Origin: Pseudomonas aeruginosa
GTDB lineage: Bacteria > Pseudomonadota > Gammaproteobacteria > Pseudomonadales > Pseudomonadaceae
Direction: 5' to 3'
Assembly (NCBI RefSeq): GCF_001457615.1
Contig: NZ_LN831024.1
Location: 4,770,001-4,802,000, forward strand
DNA length: 32,000 bases
Shown: positions 25,201-32,000 of the stretch, one piece after another
Position numbering within the stretch: the first letter of the stretch is position 1
Layout: every line of letters starts with the position of its first letter
The notes under the pieces: model-generated
The model's database searches: none
What the model saw: the letters and a program-made list of their open reading frames with translations, nothing else
What the model was told of the DNA's origin: nothing
Made by a program: the position numbers and the translations under genes

Positions 25201-28200
25201 GGTATTCGCGCCGTAGCCCAGGGTGATGCGCTCGGCATCCACCCGCAGGGTTCCGCTACCGCTACCGGCGCCGCCGGCGACCGGTGCTGCGGCCGGCTGG
25301 CTGGAGCCGCTCCAGACCAGGCTGGCGGTGCGAATGCTGGCGACATCCTCGCCGGTGCCATGGCCGTAGATGGCCGGGGTGCCCAGCACCAGGTTGGCCA
25401 GGCTGGATTTGCCGGTGGCCGGGTCGTAGGTGTCGAGGCTGACGCTACCGTATATGTTGACCGCATCGCGGGCACTGAGGATCAGGTTTTCCAGGGCCGG
25501 AATACCCGCCCCGCGCTCGCCGCGCAGCAGGCGCTGGAGCACCGTCTGGTCCAGCGCCAGGCCGTTCGGCAACACGCCGCGAGCGGCCGCGTCGGCCAGC
25601 GACTGGCTGGAGCCGATATTGATCGTACTCAGCGCCAGGCTGAGATTGCGTGTCCCGTAACGAACGTTGTCGCCAAACGTCACCGTACCATTGGTGGCGA
25701 TACCCAGAGTGCCCTCCGAATAGAGTTCGGTGTCGGCGCAGCCCGCCCCTTCCGCACAACCTCCGAGACGAACCGGTAACGAGCTATCCGCTGCGGGTGC
25801 CAGCAGGTTCAGCCATCCGTTGGACAAGAGCAGCAGGTTACGGCCGCCGGGTTGATAGATGAAACCATCGGACGAATCGTATGCAGTCTTGCCTTTCCCC
25901 AGAGTGCTGATGCCACTCCCGCCTTCAAGGGTGATATCCCTGCCAATGATCACCTCCGGTGCGGAAAGGTGCGCGCCCTTTCGCAGCACAACGGGAAAGA
26001 GCCGGTTGCTCCCGCCGAACTGGACGAAGTTTCCTTGCTCGCCGTATTCGACGTAGGGCAGCGTGCCAATGGCGATACGGCTGGCGCCTATTGCATTCAG
26101 ATCGTCCGCAACCAACGACACGCCAGCGAAATCGGAGTCGGGCAGCCCACCTTCAGGCAGAATCTCGATGCCCGCCTCGGCATCCACGATGAGGCTGCCG
26201 CCATATCCGCTTTCTTCCGGCGTGAAGTCGACCTTCCCCTCGAAGCTCAGGGCGTTTTCCCGAAGCTCCTCATCCGCGCGCAATCCCAGGTAGAGGGATC
26301 TGGCATCCACTGGCAACATCGCTCTGGGGATGTTCTTGCGCGCGGCATCGGCGCGAATGAAATCCGCATAGCTCATTTCGTTGTACTGCGAGTAGCGGCG
26401 CAGCGTATCGGCGGAAGACAGGATGACCTGACGGCTCAGACTGTCGCGGATGGACGTGCCGGCAATCGACAACTGCCCGGACGTCGCCCAGGAGCCATTG
26501 CGCAACCCCTGCGTCGCCATGGGCGCGCCTTGCCCCGCCAGACCGTTGATCTCGACGCGGAAAGCGCCCGGCAACAGGGCATAGGTCGAAGGCAGCAAGG
26601 TGTAGGTACCGGCGGCCAGGCCGGGAACGCCATCCCCGATGGTGACCTGTTGCCCGACCAACGGCTGGATGGCGCCCGCCTCGCCGCCCAATGGCGCACT
26701 AACGGCCTGGTGTCCAGGCACGATGGCATACACCGGGTTGCTGGACAGCTCCGGCAGACGGAACCCATCATTGTCCTGCTGCACCAGGGGATGAAAACGC
26801 GCATCGGTCGAACCCCCTCTGCCGGAGATGAATCCAGCCCCCGCGAGTTCGCCGCCGCCGGACAGGTCCAGCCGCGCGCCCTGTTGCACATCGACCTCGC
26901 TGGCATAAAGGCCGACTCCCGCAACCAGTGTCCCAGCAGCGAGAGCGCCCCCGGCACCGGTCAGTTGAATGGGGACCTGGTTGACCAGATAGTTGATCCC
27001 ATCGGTCGTGCCTCCATAGGGCATGACCAGCTCAGCGCCGCTAACCGAGGTCAGGCTACCCGGCAACAACCTTACCGTGCCCGGGGCACGATCCAGATTG
27101 CTGCCGAACTGGATGAGCCCCAGCGGCGCACGCACCACGCCACCCTGCTCGATATTCGATGCCATGAACGCCAGACTGCCGAATACCGACAGCGGAGTGT
27201 CCGGCAAGGACTCGCCGCTACGTTCGATAGCCAAATGCCGTTCGGCATCGAAGACAGCCTGCCCCCCCTCATCCAGTCCATACCCGGCATAGAGGGTCGA
27301 ACTCGCTCCCGTCACCGGATAGAGTTGGGCCGCAGTCAGTTGCAGATCGCCGTGGGTTATCAAGCGCCCCGACGGATCGCCATTCTCTGGATAGTCGCCA
27401 GCGAAACGCAGGTCGCCCTCGCTGCGCAGCGTTACCTTCTCGAAACCTGGTCGCTGATAGCGGACAGCCTCTGCGTTGACCCCATTGATCACCCCGTCGC
27501 TACCGAATGACAAGCGCCCGGCGATATCCAGCAGGCGCCCGGCAGAAACCTGCAAGCGAACCTGCTCCGCTGTCGCGGTCGGCCCGTACGTGAGACGCGG
27601 ACGAAACTCGCCAGAGGCCTGCTGCCCATACATCCCGATGCCGGAAAGGCGGACATAGGGCGCCTGCAACTTCACCTCGCTCGGCCCACCACCTGTGGCG
27701 GCTATCGTCCCCGCGTACAGATTCAGGCTGCGCCCCATCGCAAGATCGATGTTCCCCTCGAACGACAGCGGACCGTTGCTGAACAACGAAAGTTGGTCGA
27801 ATCCGCCGCCCGTCAGCGACTGAGTCCCAACTCGGCTCTGGCCATAGCGCAGAGCCGAATCGTCCATTCCCGGTTGCAGCAAGGTCGGTAATCCCGAATC
27901 GGCGTGCCCTGCCGTCAGGATCAGCTCACGCATGGCCAATACCCGGTCATCCACCACAGTAAAACCTTGGTACAGGGGAGCGTCCGCAATGATCTCCAGG
28001 CTGCCGCCCGCCGCTCCCGAGCCGCCGGCTGCGGCGCGCAACGAGCCGTCTAGATACAGCCCATTGTAGGAACTGAGAGCGATGCGCCCGCCGTCGCCGG
28101 CCAGCAAAACCCTTCCCAGTCCCGGTACATCCAGCTGTGCCTGGCTGCCGGAGGCCTCCAGTCGTGCACCGGGGCGTACGATGACGAACGCATCCGCCGA

Positions 28201-31200
28201 GGTCGCGATCGCCTTGCCCGGATCGATCTCGCCGCCGATGACGATGCTGCCGCCGGACTGCACTTCTCCATAGCGGCGACCGCGCCCATCCAAGGCAGTG
28301 ACAGCGCGGCCGGCAACATCCAGCAATGCCTGCTCTCCAATCCAGATGGAGCGAGCATGGGGCTGGCCTTGCGCCTTGGGCTGATTGTCCTGGGTAACGT
28401 CGAGCGCGCCGAACTGCTGCTGGCGCACGTCGATGCGTCCGCCCCAAGCGTTCAGAATGCCATCCAAGGTGATCTGTCCGGGACCGCGCAGGACGATGGC
28501 GCGCCCCGGATCGACCTCGACCAGCGAACCGCGCCCCAGCTCCAGCGTCTGGCTGGCGGGATCGAGCTGCCCGAGGATATTGCCGTCGCCGCCTGCCTGC
28601 AGGTACAGGTCCGCCCCTTCGCGTTGGACCAAGCGTCCGGCCAAGGCATCCTCTAGGTACAGCGGCGGTATCCAGGCCTCCAGCGCCTCTCGCGGCGCCT
28701 CGCCAGCCGCGACCTCGCCGGCCCCGCTGGCGAAACGGTAGACCGGCCGCGCGACCCGCACCTGGGCATCCTCGGCTACCCTCAATCCGGAGCGACCGAC
28801 CACCCGGTAGCTGGCGAAGCCCTGCTGGAAGAAATCTTCGGCCAGTTGCAGGCTGCCATCCCCGAGGTCGCCGCCGCCGATCCGCACCTTGCCGCTCTGC
28901 AGCGACAGCGTGCCGGCGCCACTCGTGCCGAGACCATTCAATGTGCCGCCCAACTGCAATTGGCCATCGCTGGCCTGCGCCAGCCCGGCACTGGCGTGCA
29001 AGGCGATGTCGCCGCCGCGTCCGCCCAGTCGTTTGCCGTCGGCCAGCAGCGCCGCCCCGGACGACACGTCGAGCAGACTGCCCTGTCCCAGGCTCAGGTC
29101 GCCGCCGCTGCGCAGGGAAATCCGTCCGCCGTCGCGGTAGGCCAACGTATCGTTGTCCTCCGGCGCCAGCAGCAGGTTGCTCCACAAGCCGCTGGCATCC
29201 AGTCGTACACCATCGCCCACGCGCAAGATGCCGGCTTCGCGGCCGGCATCGACGAAACCATCGATCGTCCCGTTCGGGGAAATCTGCGCCAGTACGTTGC
29301 CGGCCTGCAGGCTGCCGCCATGAGCGGTGATGTCGGCGTCGATCGCCACGTCGTTGGCGAACAGGATCGCCTCGCCGCCATTGGCCAGGGTCAGCGCGCT
29401 GTCGACGCGGATGCTCTCGCCGGCCGCCACCTTCAGGCCGCCCAGCTGGAAGCCGTTGAGCAGTTCGCTGTCCAGGCTCAGGCGGCCCTGGCGCTCGGCG
29501 GCCACCGGAGCGTCCAGGGTCGGCTCCTCGGCCGCCACCTCGCCGGCACCGATGACCACCTGCTTGAGGCTGCCGGCATCGGCGCCGAGAGCGTACTCCA
29601 GCAGGCCGCTGCTCTTCACGTAGTAGGGGGTGTAGCGCCCGACGACCAGCTGCGCGCCGCGCGCCACGGCATTCTGCGACTGGTTGTAGCCGTCCAGGCC
29701 GGCCTGTGGCGCTTCGGTCTGCCGCTCGCCGCGATAGGTATCGCCGACCACCTGGCCGTCGAGCCGCGCATTGGCGCTGCCGATCACCAGACTGCCGGCG
29801 TCGCGGCCAACGCTGTAGCCGCTCTCGTAGCGCTGGGTCGGCGCGATCAGCGGATTGTAGAAATAACGGGTCTGGTCCCAGCGCTCGCTGTGTGCCTCGT
29901 AGCCGCGGTAGATGCCGTCGTAGAGCAGGTCACCCGGCGCCGAGCCGAGTTCGTAGAGGCGTCCGTCCGACCCCTTCAGCCAGGTCTGGCGGATGTAGCC
30001 GCCCTGCACATCGAGGGTTCCGCCGGACAGGTTGATCTGTGAACCGGCCTGGGTCACCACGTCGTTGCCGGTGAAACTGACGATGCCGCCCTGGGCCATC
30101 CACTCGCCCGCCGAGTGGCCCTGGGTGCCCAGGTAGCCACCGACCTCCAGCAGGCCGCCAGCGGTGTACCAGCGGTCGCTGGCATAGCCGTTGGTGCCGG
30201 CAGGCACCCGTACCAGGTCGCGCACGTCGACCCACACATCCTGGCTGTTCAGACCGCCGCCCTCGCGGTTGACCGAGGCGTCGCGCTGCTCGTTGCCGCG
30301 CACGTTGACCTTGATGTTGTTGGTCTCCATCGCCACCTGCACGCCTTGCGCGCCGGAGACATCGATCACCGCGCCGTCGCGCAGCAGGGCGCGCTGGCCA
30401 GCGTTGACCGCCACCTGGCCACCGCTGGCGAGGGTGATGGAGCCGTCGCGGAAATCGACGCTGCCGGCGGAGTCGATCTCCACCCGCGACAGGTCGCGGC
30501 GGTCGTCGTCGCCCCGACTGACGGCGGCACTGGAGCCGTTCAACGGCTTGAGCAAGGCCTCGCGCTGGCTGTCGAGGGCGGCGCTGCCGCTGCTATCCAC
30601 CAGGATGGCGCTGGTGGCACCTTCGGCCAGGGTGATCCGCTCGCTGGCCTTCAGGTGCAGGGTGCCGCGGCTGTCCACCGAACTGCTGGAAAGCAATACG
30701 CCGGCCTGCTCCACCTCGCGGCCGCTGAGGCTGATATCGCCGGTGGCGGCCTGCACCAGGCCGCTGTTGCGCACCCGGCCGGCACTGCTGTCGGCGGCGA
30801 AGCCCGGCAGCACCTCGTTACCGCGGGTGGTGGAGGTCAGGTTGCCGTCGGTGCCCTGGCCACGGCGGATGACGAAGCTGTCGCCGGCGGACAGGACCGT
30901 CTGCCCCTTCGGTGTGACGATGCTGCCGGCGTTGTCCACCTCGCTGCCGAGCAGCAGGACGTAGCCGCCGCCCCTGGTCGAGCCGGACGGCGCTGCCGTA
31001 CGCAACTGTGCGCCCTGCTCCACGCGCACGGCGCCGGCCGCGTCGGTGAAGGTCGGACGGCTGCCGGCGTTGTCGTAGTAGAGGCCGCGCTGACGGAACT
31101 GTTCGTCCGAGATGTTCGCCGCCGCCACCGTCAGATTGCGCACGTCCACCTGGCTGCTGCCGGAAAACACCACGCCGTTGCGGTTGACCAGCATCACCGT

Positions 31201-31863
31201 GCCGTCGGCCTTGATCTGCCCCTGGATCTGGCTGGGCCGCGCGCTGGGGTCGTTGACCCGGTTGAGCAGCGCCCAGTCGGCGTGCTGCTGGAAGTCCACG
31301 GTGGTGTTGCGGCCGACGTTGAAGGTCTCCCAGTTGAGCACCGCCTTGTCGGCGGTCTGCTCGATGCTCACCGTGGTCTTGCCGGCGGCCTGGGTCTGCA
31401 CCGGTCCCTTGGCGTTCTGCCAGGCCTGCTCGAACGGCAGCGAGGCGTCGACCTTGAGGCCGCCCTCGCCGAGCCCGTCCGGAACATCCTGCGGGAGATT
31501 CAGCGCCGCCTGGCGTCCGGCGGCCTGGGCGGCCTGCTGGGCGGCAATGGCGGCGACGGTGTTGTTCAGGTTGGCCATCGAACGCTGCAACTGCTGGTTG
31601 ACCCGCTGCTGCTGCGCCAGCGGCGGCGGCGCCCCCGGCAACTGCGCTCCCGGTCGCGGCGCCCCGGCAGCGCCGCCCTGAGCCGCGCCCTTGGCGGCGA
31701 ACCAGGCGGCGCTGAACGGCTGCCCGGCGGCCTGGGCGCCCCCTGCGACCAGCAGCAGGGCGATGGCCTGGGCCAGCGGCTTCAGGCGCGGCGCGTAAAG
31801 CGCGCGGGAGGAACGGGCGGACGACGGCGAACGGGACGGCATGGCGAAGGGGTCCTTGAGCAT
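19300..31863 (-). CDS. pdtA: Two-partner secretion TpsA exoprotein PdtA (HMW/filamentous haemagglutinin family; C-terminal DUF3739-like region)
   Basis: 4187-aa ORF (4180 aa from the internal ATG at 31842). Signal region LKPLAQAIALLLVAGGAQA; TPS domain VDASLPFEQAWQNAKGPVQTQAAGKTTVSIEQTADKAVLNWETFNVGRNTTVDFQQHADWALLNRVNDPSARPSQIQGQIKADGTVMLVNRNGVVFSGSSQVDV; long beta-helical repeat region. Confidence 0.95.
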   Translation of the reverse strand: MLKDPFAMPSRSPSSARSSRALYAPRLKPLAQAIALLLVAGGAQAAGQPFSAAWFAAKGAAQGGAAGAPRPGAQLPGAPPPLAQQQRVNQQLQRSMANLNNTVAAIAAQQAAQAAGRQAALNLPQDVPDGLGEGGLKVDASLPFEQAWQNAKGPVQTQAAGKTTVSIEQTADKAVLNWETFNVGRNTTVDFQQHADWALLNRVNDPSARPSQIQGQIKADGTVMLVNRNGVVFSGSSQVDVRNLTVAAANISDEQFRQRGLYYDNAGSRPTFTDAAGAVRVEQGAQLRTAAPSGSTRGGGYVLLLGSEVDNAGSIVTPKGQTVLSAGDSFVIRRGQGTDGNLTSTTRGNEVLPGFAADSSAGRVRNSGLVQAATGDISLSGREVEQAGVLLSSSSVDSRGTLHLKASERITLAEGATSAILVDSSGSAALDSQREALLKPLNGSSAAVSRGDDDRRDLSRVEIDSAGSVDFRDGSITLASGGQVAVNAGQRALLRDGAVIDVSGAQGVQVAMETNNIKVNVRGNEQRDASVNREGGGLNSQDVWVDVRDLVRVPAGTNGYASDRWYTAGGLLEVGGYLGTQGHSAGEWMAQGGIVSFTGNDVVTQAGSQINLSGGTLDVQGGYIRQTWLKGSDGRLYELGSAPGDLLYDGIYRGYEAHSERWDQTRYFYNPLIAPTQRYESGYSVGRDAGSLVIGSANARLDGQVVGDTYRGERQTEAPQAGLDGYNQSQNAVARGAQLVVGRYTPYYVKSSGLLEYALGADAGSLKQVVIGAGEVAAEEPTLDAPVAAERQGRLSLDSELLNGFQLGGLKVAAGESIRVDSALTLANGGEAILFANDVAIDADITAHGGSLQAGNVLAQISPNGTIDGFVDAGREAGILRVGDGVRLDASGLWSNLLLAPEDNDTLAYRDGGRISLRSGGDLSLGQGSLLDVSSGAALLADGKRLGGRGGDIALHASAGLAQASDGQLQLGGTLNGLGTSGAGTLSLQSGKVRIGGGDLGDGSLQLAEDFFQQGFASYRVVGRSGLRVAEDAQVRVARPVYRFASGAGEVAAGEAPREALEAWIPPLYLEDALAGRLVQREGADLYLQAGGDGNILGQLDPASQTLELGRGSLVEVDPGRAIVLRGPGQITLDGILNAWGGRIDVRQQQFGALDVTQDNQPKAQGQPHARSIWIGEQALLDVAGRAVTALDGRGRRYGEVQSGGSIVIGGEIDPGKAIATSADAFVIVRPGARLEASGSQAQLDVPGLGRVLLAGDGGRIALSSYNGLYLDGSLRAAAGGSGAAGGSLEIIADAPLYQGFTVVDDRVLAMRELILTAGHADSGLPTLLQPGMDDSALRYGQSRVGTQSLTGGGFDQLSLFSNGPLSFEGNIDLAMGRSLNLYAGTIAATGGGPSEVKLQAPYVRLSGIGMYGQQASGEFRPRLTYGPTATAEQVRLQVSAGRLLDIAGRLSFGSDGVINGVNAEAVRYQRPGFEKVTLRSEGDLRFAGDYPENGDPSGRLITHGDLQLTAAQLYPVTGASSTLYAGYGLDEGGQAVFDAERHLAIERSGESLPDTPLSVFGSLAFMASNIEQGGVVRAPLGLIQFGSNLDRAPGTVRLLPGSLTSVSGAELVMPYGGTTDGINYLVNQVPIQLTGAGGALAAGTLVAGVGLYASEVDVQQGARLDLSGGGELAGAGFISGRGGSTDARFHPLVQQDNDGFRLPELSSNPVYAIVPGHQAVSAPLGGEAGAIQPLVGQQVTIGDGVPGLAAGTYTLLPSTYALLPGAFRVEINGLAGQGAPMATQGLRNGSWATSGQLSIAGTSIRDSLSRQVILSSADTLRRYSQYNEMSYADFIRADAARKNIPRAMLPVDARSLYLGLRADEELRENALSFEGKVDFTPEESGYGGSLIVDAEAGIEILPEGGLPDSDFAGVSLVADDLNAIGASRIAIGTLPYVEYGEQGNFVQFGGSNRLFPVVLRKGAHLSAPEVIIGRDITLEGGSGISTLGKGKTAYDSSDGFIYQPGGRNLLLLSNGWLNLLAPAADSSLPVRLGGCAEGAGCADTELYSEGTLGIATNGTVTFGDNVRYGTRNLSLALSTINIGSSQSLADAAARGVLPNGLALDQTVLQRLLRGERGAGIPALENLILSARDAVNIYGSVSLDTYDPATGKSSLANLVLGTPAIYGHGTGEDVASIRTASLVWSGSSQPAAAPVAGGAGSGSGTLRVDAERITLGYGANTQPAGETDEARLALGFAEVQLNASERISANHKGSLRVYQRLDGYVAGEGLRYSGGDLRLSTPLLTGEAGSLSRISSGGSLSLAAPAGAAAVTFDSGTAGLGAELSLSAREIRLDSAVSLPSGKLSLSAEDDLELGDGARIDLAGRKASFNDVDKYSWGGDLLLSSRAGDIRQAAGSLIDLSARNNRGGTLSAVALAEDAGVVDLQGRILGGASGDYDAGGTRVPFLGGELEIRAQRLGDGGSLSEQFTALNQRLNQGEVFGARRFQLKQGDLQIGDGLKAHRIEVSLDNGQLGVSGTVDASGAQVGEIRLAGGRGLSLGGNALLDAHGSLLRRDSYGQIIDSPNRAMVELSSGSGTLVLASGARIDLRHGTAAPAEQVDGVARGTLELNAPRLGGVSAGDIAIDASGALDIRGAGSIALNAVQRYDDAPWGNDPAAGGRPYQVIDQAYLDARHAESSAFIAAALANRELLDGKLAGLTNATYADAFHLRPGVEIVSATADGDLVVQGDLDLSGYRYASLNPNTPLTEVYGSGEVGALVLRAGGDLNLYGSINDGFAPPPDSPDDKGWILTPGVQPFGGDLVVPGPGVVLGDGTAFLGGRTLNYDLPIKGTTLAAGTRLATEAVLEQPYTLAAGSVLVADIHDAAGNLLYAAGSLLRDGVTLEVGSRLGAGTLLAAPASVQAMTWPAGVPLPSILREGPSRPNVLLLNGELALARGSLIPSQTEVVLAGDAPFIELRPSDGVRQGRNWALAEMLPAGSQSWSMRLVAGADLAAADNRLVRPDSSASLNLADTHYQAKIEQSSGGLVFTDQATDWGITPGTPVDESNEWICGLGPYCAEPPRWTWAPGNYLGMPAGTAIGEGDLWWCSVDPSLCIENLGKTVVTPQNQLFSVLRTGTGDLDLASAGNLTQWSPYGVYTAGTQAADVATGFNQPRGLFNGSVLGAGGADYEVLSTSQYQAWYPEHGGNLDIAVGGDVVGDQWAEKLTSSDPIRPLPPSAAVGNWLWRQGSADREGVPTAWWVNFGSYVRGAEGDAPYLVGFTGFGTLGGGNLSMRTGGDAGNIAPRGDGSIPSSGNLNPRSQGLVLAVAGTGRLTSDGALQLGGGGDLNVRIGGEVNPSREARATQTYSSSGFDGLYSGGTIHDLQGALINLRGSASLYSGALGGIDPRYDTLLRDPAEVRSRDAFSPTLASSTGGLTLVAGDTGMRLETRGDLVLGGVTDPGRVGVPNTVGFTAPDGSVYQGGGIAWFSLWTAHTSIDLFAAGGNLTPSTQLVEATNAIPMAGRNLSPSDGRFIYPSIVRAAAPEGSIYLGPSSGYMGGVSLNVSTTPYSLLLAPSLNGELELLAGDSIYAGGYSVQRSGADPANLPSIWTPAFAGYSDAALLNPIAGNGSPDGNPAVIGGLPLFYFGPDSAASLARDLQPARFYALTGDIVGLNSGAQIRFGEQAGNRAGQTWYEGAGPVWMRAGRDIVASGTPLGQRISAPSQISTDASFTGNLFVHDDPNDLSLAQAGRDILYGNFNVAGPGTLEISAGRNILMEDRAAITSLGAVVPGDSRPGADIVLQAGAAGADYRAFLERYLDPANLAQGGTPLAEQPGKVVRTYESELAKWLNERFGFAGDAEQAQAFFAGLPAEQQRIFARQVYFAELRAGGREYNEVGGVRQSSYLRGRNAIAALFPERDPAGNPISYEGDIVMYGGAGVHTDFGGDIQLLSPGGRQVFGIEGEAPPSTAGIVTQGQGNIQAYSRDSILLGQSRIMTTFGGSILAWSAEGDINAGRGSQTTVVYTPPRRIYDAWGNVSLSPQVPSTGAGIATLNPIPEVAPGDIDLIAPLGTIDAGEAGIRVSGNVNVAALQVVNAANIQTQGQSSGIPLVASVNTGALTSASAAASSATQAAEDVSRQQQAAARQRMPSVITVQVLGFGNERLEPSRDGASRSPGYNPDSAVQVLGAGALGEQARSQLTDEERGNLIL

Positions 31864-31903
31864 GAAGTCGGTCGGGCGCCCGCAACGACGCCCGTTACTG
31901 GTA

Positions 31904-31951
31904 GACGGCCTGGCGGAGGGTGGGCCGAAGACTTGTCATGGAAAGTTCATG
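31904..31951 (-). promoter_or_regulatory. Composite Pho-box-like + ECF (VreI-type) promoter upstream of pdtA
   Basis: Minus strand CATGAACTTTCCATGACAAGTCTTCGG-N16-CCGTC-TACCAG; predicted start lies ~35-55 nt upstream of the candidate pdtA start codons. Confidence 0.65.
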
Positions 31952-32000
31952 GAGCGGAGCGAGGAGCCTGGGCGAACGGAAACACGACGGCAGCCGGATT

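Noticed and set aside
1-32000. CRISPR array, tRNA/rRNA genes or prophage
   Set aside because: No regularly spaced identical repeats, cloverleaf-like tRNA sequences or rRNA motifs were recognised, and no phage structural or integrase genes were found.

Overview
The window matches a Pseudomonas aeruginosa chromosomal segment. I recognise it from gene order and protein content; no database search was run. From left to right on the + strand it contains: the 3' end of a LysR regulator; toxR/regA; a regB-like frame whose start codon is ACG; cat (XAT-family acetyltransferase); migA (GT2 glycosyltransferase); an amidase; and an MHS-type MFS transporter. These are followed by a sterol-desaturase-like protein and then a block on the - strand. 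That block holds an AraC regulator and an 11-gene cluster, in transcription order phdA, pdtB (TpsB), ExbB-like, ExbD-like, TonB-like, putative porin, coiled-coil protein, YbjN-like, PpiC-like lipoprotein, TonB-C-like and LysR. The ~12.5 kb TpsA exoprotein gene pdtA lies upstream of phdA on the same strand. The main observations are: (1) a near-identical composite Pho-box-like plus ECF-type promoter element found twice, before pdtA and before phdA; (2) phdA appears to be a chimera of an antitoxin-like N-terminus and an IS5-type transposase N-terminal (DUF772-like) region; (3) a 35-codon ORF overlaps the phdA start as TGATG; (4) an ExbB-like protein carries a DUF2341/LamG-like periplasmic domain and sits in a TPS-linked TonB/ExbB/ExbD-like cluster; (5) regB has ACG in place of ATG; (6) pdtA has lower-GC internal blocks and only three Cys pairs; (7) a hairpin covers the ribosome-binding site of the desaturase-like gene.
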